Positions 29,312 through 43,171 of a DNA stretch of 64,000 nucleotides are shown here, piece after piece. The position numbers and the translations under genes are program-made. Location of the stretch: positions 198,874 to 262,873 of the forward strand of contig QPGO01000029.1 of assembly GCA_008632985.1 (NCBI GenBank), in the 5' to 3' direction. Source of the stretch: Psammoneis japonica. Taxonomy: Eukaryota. Each line of letters begins with the position of its first letter. The stretch's first letter is position 1. The notes below the pieces were generated by a model that was given only the letters and a program-made list of their open reading frames with translations, did no database searches and was not told the origin of the DNA.

Positions 29312-30081
29312 GGCGTTCGTCGTGGCTTCCTCCTGTTGTGGGTTGTGGGCCGTGTTGAGTGTGCCGTGTGAACAGCAAACAGCAGAGCTGCTTTGGTTTT
29401 TCTGAAACGATCGATCAACAAAACCGACACCAACGGACAAATGGCGCGATCTCTAGCATGTCTCTACGACGAACTCGTGAAAACGACATTTTTGTCACAC
29501 ATTTTTGGGCCCCCAATTATGTGGGCTATTTGGTTGCGTCACAGCTTTTCGACAAAAAACTTTGATGGCGCAACTTTGGCTTTGCATGTAACCCGGACAT
29601 TGCGCAGAATCACTGCCAGCAGCTACGTCACACAAAGACCCGGATGTAAAGCTTTGGTCACAGTTTTTCACTGTACATCCGGGTTCTCTAAGCTCGTGTA
29701 GAAAGTGCACTGAGAATCCTGTGGGATTGAAGAAGAAACCCGGATGTGCAGCGAAATGTCTGTGGCCACAACTTTCCGTTGAGCCAAAGTTTTGTCTCAC
29801 TTTCTAAAAATGTGTGGCAGAAAATGCGCGAGCTCACCTAAAAAAAAATGCGTCTTTTCTGCGCAAGAGCTGCAAAAACATCCAACTGCATCACGTCGTG
29901 CACCTGGCCAAACGAGAGATCTGTGCATCATGGAGGTGGCATCCCACGTGCGCACTGCGCAGCAGTGCTGCTACAGTCCACACTGGAAGACATCCCAGTC
30001 CCACCAATCGTTGAGATTTTGTTGTTGCGCTTCGCGCTTCATGCTGAGACAACATCATTTTGCTCCGGCCCGCCACTCGCC

Positions 30082-31084
30082 ATGGCCGCTTTTCAACCAG
30101 ACAAAAAGAGGATGTGCTGGCTTGCCCTCGGACTGCAGGACCTCATGAATTTGGGGCGTGGAATGATGAACAGAGGCGACAAGAAGTTTGGCGCCACAAT
30201 GACCGAGGACAGGCATTTTCGTGAGTTTTTTGGTTGCGGCCCAATCGTGGCTCTCACGCTGTGGAACCTCCTCGTCCACCACGATGTGCTGCCCCACGGA
30301 GCAAATGCCTGCCACATGCTGTGGGCACTTGATTTTTTGAAATCTGATGGCAAGGAAACTGACCTTGCCGGCAAAGCTGGGGGAGTCGACGAAAAAACTT
30401 TCCGAACGTGGAAGTGGCCAATGATTGAGGCCATTGCATCACTCGAGCCACACTTGGCAAGTGCCCAATTGTGACAATGTTTCCACATGTTTCAAAAAAT
30501 TGATTCTCACCCGCATCATTTGTGTTGTTGTTTGTTCTGCCCAGACAATTTGGGAGAATCGCCGCACTGGTGATGTCGGAAACGATTGTCTGGTTGCTGT
30601 GGATGGAACAGACTTTCGTGTCCCGAATCACGGCAGGAAGTTTTGCTCTCATAAATTCAACGACTGCGGACTTCGTTACAAAGTGGCAGTGTGCATTTTG
30701 ACCGGTCACATTGTGTGGATTAATGGGCCCTTTGTGCCCAGCGTGTACAACGACTCAGACATTTTTCGATCGGCATTGAAGACGGAACTGGACAAGGGGG
30801 AACGCGCAGAGGCTGACGATGGGTGCGTGGGTGAGTCCCCCATCTGTGTTAAGTGCCCCAGCAGTTTTGCAAACCCGAAGGAGATGGAAGAAATGCAGAG
30901 GCGTGCTCTCAATCGACAGGAGATGTGCAACGAACGCTTCAAAAATTGGACAATTCTGGAGAAAAGGTTTTGCCACAAACCGCTGTCGAAGCATGCCGAT
31001 GCATTTCGGGCTGCAGCTGTCACAACACAGCTTGCGATTCAAAATGGTGAACCGCTTTTTAATGTAGATTACAAGGATCTATAA
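30082..31084 (+). pseudogene. Harbinger DDE transposase, mutated; inferred intron 30457-30544
   Basis: VDGTDF, SHKF..GLRY.V, WINGPF, EADDGC (expected DDGY), RQEMCNERFKNW. Phase-0 intron GCAAGT..CAG. Confidence 0.85.
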
Positions 31085-34000
31085 TTGGACAGGACAATTT
31101 TCTTTAGAAACATTGTTTTTCTTTGTTCCAGCCCTGCGAACAGACAGTGAACCAAAGTTGGTGCCATCCATGGCAAATTGGCATCCACCAGTTGAAGGTG
31201 TCAAGCCTGGCACAGCACCAATGCTTGGCGACGGCGCAGGGACTCGACGGCTTTCACGACATGCCGCAGTTTCCGATTCTGAGAACATGACAGTGCGCAA
31301 GGCAACCTCAAAAGCAACAATGAGCATTTCTACAAAGGCCTGGGCACTGTTCTCTTTTTGTAAAACAGCACAGTTCGTAATCTCCAGGCTGAAATCGCAC
31401 CGGTGCTGCTGCTAGATGCAATGTGTTGTCACACCACTTCTGACATTTCTGCTGTAGATTTTTTGCGTTTTTCGCCTCAATCCGCGATTTCCCGCAGACC
31501 CACACAGAAGTGAGCGCAAGTGCACGCATGTGTGGATCAAATGTGCACATTCCCATGTTGACAACATGCTTTGGCTGCTGTGCACACACATGGAGTTGGC
31601 AAGGAATGGAAAGCAGATGCACCACAACAATTCTCAAATTTGGCATGAGCACCTTCACAAGCCTTTTCCAGAAATTTAAAATCTCATGCCGGGTGCAGTG
31701 GAAGCACCTGCTGCATGACAAAAGCACCATGGATTTCAACCTTGCAACAGCAGCAACAATGTTCTCAGTGTCACACAGTTTTGCTTCTTCGCTTTGCTGT
31801 CATTTGTGCAATGCAAGGTGTGCCAATCTGAGTCCCCTTAGAATGCCCCAACCACTGATGTGTGCCACATCAAAATCCCCCAAATTTGATCAGCATTTGC
31901 TTGGTCCCTGCAAAACAGCTGGCTGTGTGATGCCAAAGTGTCCAACACATCCAGAAAAACCCCGTCACGGGAGGCAAAATGTTGCAAATCCAGTGAAGAC
32001 AAGCCTTGGCCTCCCATTCTTGACAACTGACCTGGGAAGACTGAAACACATGGGCAGTGTGCCTCAGGCATCAGATCTTTGGCATCAGGACCAGCAATGC
32101 TGCGACAATGCCCAAATGTCAAAATCACAATTCACAGTCAAAAATTGTGCACACCCAGCTGCACCAAACTGTCTCACCTGCAGCTCCCTCAAATTGTTCA
32201 AAGTGTTTGTGCAATCAATTTGACCATCCCTGTCCAACAGCATCCTCTGTGTGACAATCAAATTGCCCACAATGCAGTGACAACAAATGAACAAAACAAA
32301 CCCCATGCAGCACACGAGTTGCCAGAAATGCAAGTTTTTCAAATCCCAAGCCACCCAAATCCTCTCAAATGCCAAACTTGCACTCTCTCTCAACCAGCTT
32401 TCCCCACTCCAAACACACAATGCATGCATCATGACACCTTCACTCTTCCTGCTGTTGCCCAGCTTCCTGACCTCATTTGCTTGTGCTGTGCCTCAAGAAC
32501 CACTCCACCATTGTCAGCTGTTTCTCCACCAACAACAGCCAGAGAAACAAGCCTGCACAGAATGCAAAGGGCATCACCCACAACAAACTCAAATGTCCAG
32601 TGCTCCCAGCTCCCATCTCTCCAACATTTTGTTCAATGTTCCAAAACACAGACAATCATTTGTTCACTTGAATTGCCACATCCAAACATCTGAAACATCA
32701 GCTGCATGCCCCACTCCATTCCTCTCAGCACAATCCAGAAAACACAGCAGCTCCCCTGCTGATGCAAGCAACACCACCCACACCCAGCCAGCGCGCCACC
32801 GTGCGTGGCACCATGTGGCAAAGAGAGCCAATGAAATGGGTCTTTTGAAGATGATGACAATGATGGTGTGGTGACACAACAACAAAACAGGACTTCAGAG
32901 GAGCAGCACAACATGGGTCAGTGTGCAGCAAGGGGGCGGGCGCAAAAGGCTGGGAGGCAGCAGCAAATGATGGCTGCAGCAGTGCAGACAGGGGCAAAAG
33001 AGCAACAATGACAATGAGTGCACAGCAAAGAAGTGGTGGTGATTGCAACAGCCAGGATGAAGACAGTGAGGTCAATGACAACAGGCAGAAAGAAAACACC
33101 GAGAGAGAGAAAAAAGAAACAAGTGAGAAACCCAGAGCCCACACAAACCATCATGAAACAGGCTGCTGCACCAGCAAACACAAAACTGAGCTGGCAACAT
33201 CATCCAGACAACTGACTCCAGGAAAACCCAAGCACACTTGAAAACAAAAACAAGCTCTCAGCTGGGCGCTGCAGATGCGTCATTGACTTTCAAACATGAG
33301 AGCAAAGATTGTGGTCAAAAACCAATGTGTGGTGTTTGTGGGTTTGACCCAGGGTTGATGACATGGTTGATCAAATTCTGTGGGGCTGAACATTTTTGCA
33401 TTTGGAGCAAGAAATCCTGCCACCATGGTGGAACAACCACATCTTCCCCCCCCCCTGGCTGTGTAGTGCGGCGGCGGCGCTGCTCTGGGTTGACATCTCT
33501 GGCTGCTGGCACTCCTCATCTTTGGCTCGAGACACTCACAGCAAATTGACCAGTTGGCTTGTGATGATGTGAGTTTGTTGGTGACATGCAAAATGACTTT
33601 TCCAGTTGGCACAGCTGCAAGACATTGAAGTCCAACGATTTTTTTGGGCATCGCAGCGGCTCAGAGTTGTCGTGTGTTGCCGCCGTGCCTTTGATGCCAA
33701 AAGCTGCCTCTGATGAGGACACATCAGGAATGAAACATCACAAAATTCTGGTTTGTTCTGCACAACAAAGTAACTGAAAAGTGATGTGCTCACTTGAGGA
33801 GCTGCACAAAATGTTGCTTTCAACTCTGGACAGCACCCGCGCACAGACATGGCCAAATCAATCGTGCCAAAAAAACGATGGCGCCGTCACCAGAGTTGAT
33901 TCGCGGGCGCTCGCGTGTGCCTGCTCACACGAAGGAAGTTCATCGAAAGTGAAGACGATTCCGCAACATTATTCATTTGCAAAGTTGTATAAAAATGAAT

Positions 34001-34352
34001 GAACCACAAACAAATGAGGCTTCTGGCACACGACAAGGGCAGGGCGGCACGTACGCAGGCTACTACTTCGGCTGGCTGGCGGATGGCGGGCTTCTCGTCG
34101 CCGGACGTTTTCTGTATTTTGCGAAGTCAACCAATCAATCAAGTGCTGTCCGCAGAAGCATGATGTAGTCGATCGTAAGTGTAGGGTAGCGAACGTTTTC
34201 TGAAGTCTGAAGTAAGAACAAGCAAAAGCACAACTTAGTTGCACCACTGACCCTTCATCTGAAGTGCAGAAGGAACAAAAGAAGAGCAAAACCACAACGA
34301 ACGCAGGCCCACACCACTACTGACCTTTCGCAGGTCAATCAAAGAATACGGT

Positions 34353-35536
34353 ATGGTTCCATCGGAAGAACAAGAGAGGTTATCGCCTCCTCGATTCACG
34401 ACTTTCGAGTGGGGTGGAGGAGTCGATGACGCAGTCCTAGGCAATGATTTTGAACCTCTCGCTCTCGACAAAACCCAAGAAGGCATGCCGGTTTTGCCTT
34501 CATATGATGAGCAGCTTATGGATTCGCCTCCCTCTGTGCCATCATCAAAAAAGAGGAGCAACACTTGTGACCACAAGTCAACACGCAAACGGCTCAAACG
34601 GAAAAAGAAGCCAAAGGGCATTCCTAAACGCCCTCTCAGGTAAGAGCGTCTTCAAAGACAGTACTAAATCTTCTACTCTTCAGCGACATTCCTAAACCTG
34701 CTTCCAGTGCATACAACATTTTCTTTCAGCGAGAGCGGCAGAAATTGATGGAGTCGTCTCATGGAGGCGTGAAAATTGATTTTGCTGGCGTAGGAAAGAT
34801 CATCGGAGAGCGCTGGCGAAATCTGGGAAAGGATGAGTTGGCATCGATCGAAGAGCTTGTAAAGAAGGATAAAGAAAGATATCACAAAGAGATGCAGGCG
34901 TATGGGGATGCAAAGCGCAAATCAATGGAAGAATCGCAGGTAACTACCAAGCCTCCAGCTTCCTTGATTACTGGAATTCCGGTGTCTACTTTCGACAAGA
35001 CCAGTGACCTAAAACCAGATTCTAGAGCTGGTGACAATCTGAAGGATCCCAACATCAAGAATGCGAACTCCGGTGAGTTTTCATGTTTCTCTTCGTACCA
35101 GGAGCGGCTATCACTCCCAGAGTCCTCCATCCATGAAAATGTGATGTACCATCGTGCTGTCATGGGTAATCAAGACCTTTCAAGGGCTCGTGGTGGTGAG
35201 GGAGTCTTTTCACAGCAACAACATAGCGAACGCTGGTCTGAAGCCACTACCTGCAGCATGCGCACCCCTACATCTACAGACATCTTTGCACCTCAATACC
35301 CAGTTGGTGACGGATCTTATGTCAATTCATTGAACATGAGTCCGATTCCACCAGGAGGTGTAGTAACGATTCAGGATTCAGATGGTGTCATGAGGCCATA
35401 CCGAGTCAACTACACGGCTGTTTCGGTGCCGAAGGAAGAGGCGATACAGTTTCTACAGCATCCACAGATGAGGCCGGAAGAAATGAATCGGTTCTTGCAG
35501 AGCATACACGAACGAGCACGGGAGTCTGATATGTGA
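34353..35536 (+). CDS. HMG-box protein; intron about 34640-34709
   Basis: KPKGIPKRPLS|AYNIFF...FAGVGKIIGERWRNL...KDKERYHKEMQAY. Confidence 0.85.
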
Positions 35537-35931
35537 GTGCGGATCGACTCTTTTTCTCTCCCTGTTTTTCTCCTTTTTCATTCATGTGACCATTTCTTTT
35601 GTCATTGTCGTCTTCGTCTTCCAGGAGAAGCCCACCGACTTAAACTTTGATTGACAAGGGCCTATTATACATCATCTCCTGCATATTGGGAAGGTGTTTT
35701 CGCTTTTCCATCCTTTTGAAAATCCCCTGCAACATACAAGATGTTTCTCTAGGGGCTTTCGGAACAGATCCCCATTCTAGAAGACTGAACTGAATGTTCC
35801 AGTTTCATGACATGATGCATAATGTGATTTCTCTATCAGCTTATTTCTGTACCTACATCATTTTATAAGTGTCAGTTCGATGTTACATGTCGAGTATTAA
35901 CGAACCTGTGCATCTAGAGAATGATCTGCTC

Positions 35932-38900
35932 TTAGTCGAGCTTCTTCCCTTCTTCGCTGAGCGGATCGATTTCGCTCTTTCGATCAAGCAGGTAAAATAC
36001 TCTGCCCGCGCTCTTTTCCGTCTCTTTTCGGTCAGACATGCCCTGGAAGGCAGCACCGAGGCCGAACAACGAAAAGAGCAACGCAAACATCGAAACCAGA
36101 AAGTCGTTGAACGAAAAGGTAGTCGGGTAGTTGAACAACAGCCACCCACCCCACCATAGCTGAAGCGCATTCACCCACTGTTGGATGAACATGGACATAC
36201 CGCTCGTAAAGCCGGTCTTGAAACTGTTAAACACGTAGTGCTCATTTTCTTTGTCAAGCGCAGCTAGGTAGTCGCGGAACCTAGCCTTCTCGAGTGTGAG
36301 AGCAGACACAGTTCTCATATTCAGTAAAGTCTCGACAATAATTCCTCCGGGGCTGTTTAGCTCATCTTGTGTGTCGCTCTCATCTTCACCCAGCATTGTT
36401 CTCATTTCCACTTCGGTTGCAAAACCCATAAACGGAATGGTCGCGAGAGACAGCAAAGCGAAAGGCCACATGTAAACGAAAGAGATGATCACACCCGTGA
36501 GGACAGAGCTCATTGCTACAAGAGCACTACGGATGGGCTCGCCGGAGAAAGTGTGGATACGAGCTGCATCTTCTTCCAGCTGAGACGTGATACCCCCGAC
36601 ACTCCGTCTGTCGAAGTATGCCACTTCTTGGCGAAGAAGAGATGCGAAAGCTGAATCACGGACACGTTTGTTCAGTCGCTCGCTTGCCATACCAAAGCCC
36701 CAGAACACAAGCATGTTCCCAACAACGCAACCGACAGCAACAACTACCCAGTAAATGGATAGCTCATACGATTTGTCTCGCATGTCATCCGCTTCATTAT
36801 CCCAATAATCCTCGCAACTAGTGAAACCAAGCAACAAAGCATCTTCATCAGTGTTGCAGCCAAAGACACGAGTGAAGAGTAGGTCAAGGGTTTCAGCGAA
36901 TAGAATGCCCCAGGAGGGGAAAACACCGCCAGCCATGATGGATCCCACTGATCCAACAAGCATGTACCACGCATCTGGGCTGGCCATCTGCCGGGCTCGC
37001 TTGACAGAAAAGGCCTTCTTCTCTTCCTCTTCTTGTTGCGCCTCAAATCAATTTCTTCTTCGTCCTCGTCTTCTTCGTCAGCTTTCTTCGCGCCAAGCTT
37101 CCTCAACGCATTGGCGTCAATCGTGGATCCGCGGCGCTGTGTTTCGACGAGACGTTTGTAGAGGCCTTTGTGCTTCTCCATGAGGGTGTCATGAGATCCA
37201 AATTCCTTGACTTTCCCGTCTGCAATGTAGGCAATACGATCGACGTCGCGAATCGTGGAAAGCCTGTGGGCAATCACAATAGTTGTGTGATCCTTCGAGC
37301 CCATCAATTTATCAAGAGCATCTTGCACAATAGATTCTGACTCTGAATCCAGGGCGCTAGTCGCCTCATCAAGTAGCAGAATTCTCGGCTTTTTGCCAAA
37401 GCCCTGCGTTTCCGCAAACAAACACATTATGAGAACCAGGAAATTCACTGTGCATCGCCCGAACTCAATTCTCGGGAGACCTACCTCGCAATAGCCACTC
37501 GTTGCTTCTGGCCACCCGAAAGCTGTGTTCCACGCTCACCGACGCTTGTGTCATACCCATCTGGAAAAGACATGATAAAGTCGTGGGCATTTGCCATCTT
37601 CGCAGCCTCTTCAATGTCCGCTTGGGAAGCGTTTGGTGCTCCGTACGCGATGTTCTGACCGATTGTGGCGTTGAAAAGTGTAGGCTCCTGACCGACATAG
37701 CCTGCGGGGTCGAGATGAGAAATGATGATCTTGTTAGGGGAAAGATGAGGTGATGTCGGTTACTACAGGGCGCAGAAAGCACCTACCAATTTGGTCGCGG
37801 TACCATTTGACATTCAGCGACTTGATATCGACTCCACTGTACGCGACCACGCCGTCCATCGGGTCATAGAATCGTTCAATGAGCGACACCGTCGTCGATT
37901 TACCTGTCAAGAGGAAATAGAGCGCGGTATGTAAGCTAAGACAAACAACAAACGTAGAAACGATTGCCAGATTCTACTCAAGACATACCTCCCCCGCTAG
38001 GTCCGACGAGAGCAATCGTCTCGCCTGCACGCACGGTAAGATTAAAGCCGTCGAGCACAACCTTTTTCGGTCGAGATGGATAGGCAAAAGTCACATCCCG
38101 GAACTCAAAATGAGCAGTTCCTGCCGCTACCGAGGCTCTACGCTGAGAATCAATGTTAGAATGGGTGGAGTTATCCATGCCCGAAAGATCCGCCTCACTG
38201 CTTTCACGAGATCCCAGTGTTGAACTGGTCCGTCCTTCTTGCTTGTCCACAAGAGCGCGATATTGTCCTGTCTCGGCCACCATCAAATCTTCGTGTGTTC
38301 CTGTTTCCACCACCTTGCCACCTTGGACAACGGCGATAACGTCTGCGTTACGAATAGTGGAGAGTCGATGAGCAATGACAATAGTGGTTCGCTTGTGCTC
38401 TGCGAGCACATTGTCCAATGCATCCTGCACGACAATCTCCGACTCCGAATCGAGAGCTAGACGTCAAGAAAAAGCGAAAACGTGTGAGTATCAACGTCTG
38501 GTTTCAGAATCTATCGTTAATCGAAACTTACCAGACGTGGCTTCATCCAACAAAAGGATGCTTGGATTAGACACCAGAACTCGAGCAATCGCTATACGTT
38601 GCTTCTGGCCTGAAATACGAAGGCGAAATCGAGGCAAAAGATGTCATCAATGAAGATTAGGTAAAGCATTTGACCAGATGAAAATCATGATGCATGCTGT
38701 ACTTACCTCCTGAAAGCTGAGCACCCTTGTCTCCTACTTGAGTTTCGTACCCGTCGGGGAAACTGGAGACAAAGTCATGCGCGTTCGCCATCTTTGCCGC
38801 TGCTTCAACTTCCTCTTGAGTTGCTTCAGGGTTACCGTAACGAATATTTCCGGCAATAGTTGTGGCAAACAAGGTGGGTTCTTGGCCGACGTAGCCAATC

Positions 38901-40501
38901 TTGTGGCGAAGATGCGACACATTCAAATCCTTGAGATTAATTCCATCCAACTCAACACTACCAGAAGATGGGTCATAGAACCTCTCAATCATTGCGACCG
39001 TTGTGGACTTTCCACCGCCACTACAGATTGCAAAGAGAAATCACATTGTGAGCAAACCACGGTATTCAATCGCTGAACAAACTCTATGGCAGGAAAAATG
39101 CAAGACTGACCTTGGTCCAACAATCGCTACCGTTTTTCCCGCTTCGATCTCAAGGTTGAAACCCGACAGGACCTCGCTATGTGGCCTCGTTGGGTACGAA
39201 AAGGACACGTCCTTGAAAGAAATGGCACCCTCGATCTTCTCAGGCTTCAAACCTTCGGACGAAAGGGCGTTGATTTCATACTTAGGAAGAATCGCTTTCA
39301 CCTTGCGAGCCGTGCCTTCTTCCACGTCTCCCTTCTCATCAGCATCATCCTCGTCATCTTCGAAGATCTCTTCTTCCGGAGCTCCAGGGACGCGGTTGAT
39401 GGCAATCATTGCTTGATAACAAGCAACACGAGCAGCCGTAAATGTCTCAAGAAAGTTGCCGACTTGACTTACACCTTGCGCCGCAAAGGCGACTCCGAGC
39501 ATTGCCCCGAAAACGTCTGGACCACTGTTGGGACAGGTTTCGTTTCCTGATACACTGTTGGATGGATCACATCCCGTTCCTCGTACATCTCTGTACAGCA
39601 AGAAAGTTCCATACAGCGTCAAAATGCAGTAGAGCAGAATGAAAGTTCCCAACATGGAGCCATTCGCAATTCCCTGCTTCCACAGAATTGTAATCGACTC
39701 TTTGTAGGCTTCCAGAGTTGCTTCTGAGTACTGACGGATCATTTCTGTAGTCGCGTTCAGGGAGAGGACAGTCTTGATGGAAGAAACTGAGCTATAAGCG
39801 ACGGATCCTGCTCTGGAGTATGCCTTGGCTGCTCTAGAACCTTTTGTTTGGTTCAAGACGAGGGTGAAATAAGCGGCAAGGCTCACAAAAGGAAGGACAG
39901 CCAAAACAACAAAAGCTACTCTCCAACTGGAGTAAAAGGCAAAGGCAATACCACCGAGAAAAGTCGTGGTGAACTGAATGCCTTCACCAAACTTACGCCC
40001 AATTCCACGTTGAAACTTGCGACTGTTAGGACCAACAGTCGCCGCAATTCCTGATATGTCGTAGACATCAAAGAACGCCGAGTCTTGACGAAGAAGTGCT
40101 TGAAACCACTGAAGACGAAACGATTTTGAAGCACGATACGCTACACTCTCGAGACAGCCGGTTTGCAGAGACGCCATGACCAGAGCGAACACGCCAACAA
40201 TCATAAACGTGTAAGCGGTTTCACGAATGCTCTTGAGGCCACTGTCCGCATCTGCGATATCAGACCACGCGGTAGAGAAGAGATACGCAAGAATTGGATA
40301 AACCATACCGTTTCCCAAGGCCCCCAAACACCCAACTATGAAGAACAACTTGGAACTTCCTCCGAGATGAAATATGAACGACATTACTTCGCCGGCGCTC
40401 GACATGGGCTCTTTCTTCTTCTTGTCCTCCTCCTCATTTTTCGACTTATCATCAGACGACGGAGGAGGACCCGCGTCCGATTTCCCGTTCATCTTGGGCA
40501 T
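35932..40501 (-). CDS. ABCB (MDR/P-glycoprotein-like) transporter with domain order TMD-NBD-NBD-TMD; several introns and one apparent frameshift near 37045
   Basis: TMD1 ([10 protein letters not shown]), NBD1 ([21 protein letters not shown]), NBD2 ([26 protein letters not shown]), then TMD2 ([10 protein letters not shown]) ending [16 protein letters not shown]. Confidence 0.9.
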
Positions 40502-41195
40502 CTCGACACGCTTGTATGCCTTGCAATGACAATCTCCTTTACAAAGTGCCACAGTTCTGTTGAAAAAATGAATGACGATGAACGGCAGAACTGCAATCGA
40601 ATTCCCCGTTGTTCCTGCGTTGATCGATCACGCACGGCCCTTCACACGTCATTGCATGCATCACCAGCCCGCCACCAAAAGCCAAGACTGATTCATTCAG
40701 ATTTTAATCACATATATTATATTCATTTTATACGAGTATGACTATTTTTCGAACGCCGCACTTCAACCCCCTCCGTAAAACGCACAATCGAACGAGATGA
40801 GGAAGGGATCACCGGTAAATCATCAGTAAAAGGGCCCTCTAGAGAGTAGGCCCTAAGTGACCAGCTACGTTAGCTCTATAACGTTGAGCACAATACGGTA
40901 GTAGTGCGGTGGTACAGAAGAGAGCAGCAGAGAAAAATTCGCACAAGGAAACCACAAAAACATGGCTGCTACATTATTAATATTGGATGTCGTACAAAAA
41001 AAGATGGACACCATGGACTTTACCCCACCCAGTCAACATTCCAAACCTAGTCCAATGCCGCTATGTTTGTTAGTGGATTCTCCCTTGCAACTCGTTCACG
41101 TTTTGAAACGCCCTAGGTCCACCAAATATGACGTGCTCAACCCTCATTAGATCCGATAGCATTGTTCTAAGTCTCACGAGAACAACCCAATATTC

Positions 41196-41523
41196 CTATT
41201 TCTGCCTTCTATCTGGAACTGACTCGAGCCACTTGACAGGGTGTCTATTATAAAATGGCCAATCCGGTACACATAGCTGGAAAGGGGTGAAAAAGAACGA
41301 AAGATGTTGTAAGCGAGGTGAGAATTGTTGAATAAGAAAAATAAGTACCATTTGAATAGGAAAAGATACTTACAATTACAGATATTACGACTCCAATCAA
41401 CCACGCAACAAACACCAGTCGGAAATCCTGGTGGACGTATCCAATCACCCACCCTACTGCACCGAATGCGATAATGATCCAGTAGAAAAGAAGCTCCGAG
41501 AGCTTTTGACCTTCGTAATCCAT
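41196..41523 (-). CDS. SPCS1: Signal peptidase complex subunit 1 (SPC12); one intron
   Basis: MDYEGQKLSE, two TM helices, then exon 2 LCVPDWPFYNRHPVKWL. Confidence 0.88.
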
Positions 41524-41899
41524 ATTTGCGGCAAGTATGGAAAGGACTATGATTGCGGTCAACAGCCGACAAGATTTTGTGTCGTTGTGTCGTTGAGAGA
41601 AGTCTTCCATTTTACACGTGGAAGATTGATTTGCCGGTAGGAGACCAGACCCTATTGTAGTCATTTCGGCGCGGCTCGCTCGGATCGGGCGGGCGTGTAC
41701 GTACTGTACGTCGGGCGTCCATCGATTCCGAATTCTGAGCCTGTGGTTGTGCGAGAGGAGTCTCGGTGGGAAAGCTACTTCTAGAATATTACTCCAGAGA
41801 GTCTAGAATAGTCTAGAAGGAGAGCCGCACGTAAATTATAGTTGTCTGCACCATCAGAATTACCGGTATAACTACAACTCAAAATTAACTCAATGACGC

Positions 41900-43171
41900 T
41901 CAACGAAACACAGAATCCAACGGATCTTCTGGCAAAACCAGCTCCTCATTGCGAACCTTGCGCTTTTTCTGCCTCTCTTTACGATCCTCGTATGAGTTCC
42001 CTTTCATACGCTTCTCTTGGGCACGGATTTCGTTTGGAGAAATAAAGTCGGGGTTCTGATACAGTGTCTGTCCTCCAAAAGAACCGCGAAAGATGCGGAT
42101 TGGATTCAAAACAAACCGAGGACCAATTTCAACAAGCGACGTATCATGTGTCAATCCCAAAGTCTTCTTGGCCAAATGCGCCTCACGTGCGTTACTGGCT
42201 TGCTTTTCAACAATCTGGTAGTTTCTAACCCAAATCTAGTATTCGCAAGTACAAGCAGAACGGAAGAGACGAAAGTGTCAGATGGATTCGAGAGGAAGTG
42301 AATCGTCCATCGCCCTATCTTGTGAATCTCATTCCATCGTAGTCAAATGAAGGTGTATTCTCATCCCCAAAGGTCGGATATACGCTCATCTTTCATTTTA
42401 AAATCATCGATATCGCAAAAAGTATCATCTCAAAGGCGAGAGCATGAAAAATGATGAAACATACCTTTTTGTCTGCATAGTAGAAACCCATGACGTGATC
42501 GACGAATGGTTTGCTCTTGGGATGGCCCCTTGGAGTACCAAAGATGTCAACAAACAGCTCCTTCAAAAGCTTAAGGTGATTAACACGTGAAAACGAATCG
42601 TCAAAGCTTAGTACGGGTCGACTTCCCTTCAAACAGTTTCCCGTAAGACGGAGCTCATCCATTGTGTGAATGTTGCTGACGTGAAAGCGCACACTTGGTC
42701 CTTGCAGCTGACCAGTCCTTCCCATCCAAAGATACGCATCTTGTCTCTTCCGACATTCAAGGAACAGAAAAGTGTTGCAACTCCGAATCTCGGAAATGTC
42801 ATTGACAGCTCGTCCCACTCCGTCATCACCTGGATCTAGTTTCGACTCTTTCTTGTGGTGAGGCATTAGCGTTCGCAAATCTTCCAGCAAATGCCGGTAC
42901 CGAGCAGTAACGCCCCTGGAACACAACACAAGACAACGCTGTTTATTGCGGTATCGACCATCACTCACAAATGGAGCAATAGCCTCGTCAAGTTCAGCTT
43001 GAACATTGCTTGCATCGTCGTCTTGGCCCTGAAATGACGCGGATTCTTCGTCGTGAGAAACTTCCTTTTCAGCATGTTCAAACTTCCTGTTTCTTCTTCG
43101 GCTGGCTTCGACTGTGCATCCTTGTCATCTGTCTCGTGCTTACGCCGCTTGTGGCCCCGCTTCTTCGCCAT
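41900..43171 (-). CDS. BRX1: Ribosome biogenesis protein BRX1 (Brix domain); one intron and an apparent frameshift near the 5' end
   Basis: RYRHLLEDL, MPHHKKESK, NIHTMDELRLTGNCLKGSRP, HPKSKPFVDHV, LVEIGPRFVLNPIRIFRGSFGG. Confidence 0.93.

Larger units (their letters stand above)
27808..31501. mobile_element. PIF/Harbinger-type DNA transposon, 3.7 kb, two divergent genes
   Basis: TIRs GGGTCTGCGGGAAATC(A/G)CGGATTGAGGCGAAAAACGCA (37 of 38 bp match) at both ends, with 3-bp direct repeat ACA at 27805-27807 and 31502-31504. Confidence 0.9.
20290..33850. mobile_element. Nested, heavily mutated transposon island (boundaries approximate)
   Basis: Abrupt loss of TpA (and of CpG in the older parts), no host genes, many C/H/Q/W-rich spurious ORFs. 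Contains a Copia-type gag remnant, LTR-like repeats and a Harbinger element. Confidence 0.85.

Noticed and set aside
20290..33850. Dense overlapping Cys/His/Gln/Trp-rich ORFs as novel small or metal-binding proteins
   Set aside because: They are a by-product of TAA/TAG loss and TG/CA enrichment, occur in all six frames and have no coherent domains.
31502..33850. Assignment of this segment, and of 26.6-27.8 kb, to a specific TE class such as LINE
   Set aside because: Too degenerate to recognise motifs by eye. It would need a profile search after in-silico reversion of TG/CA sites.
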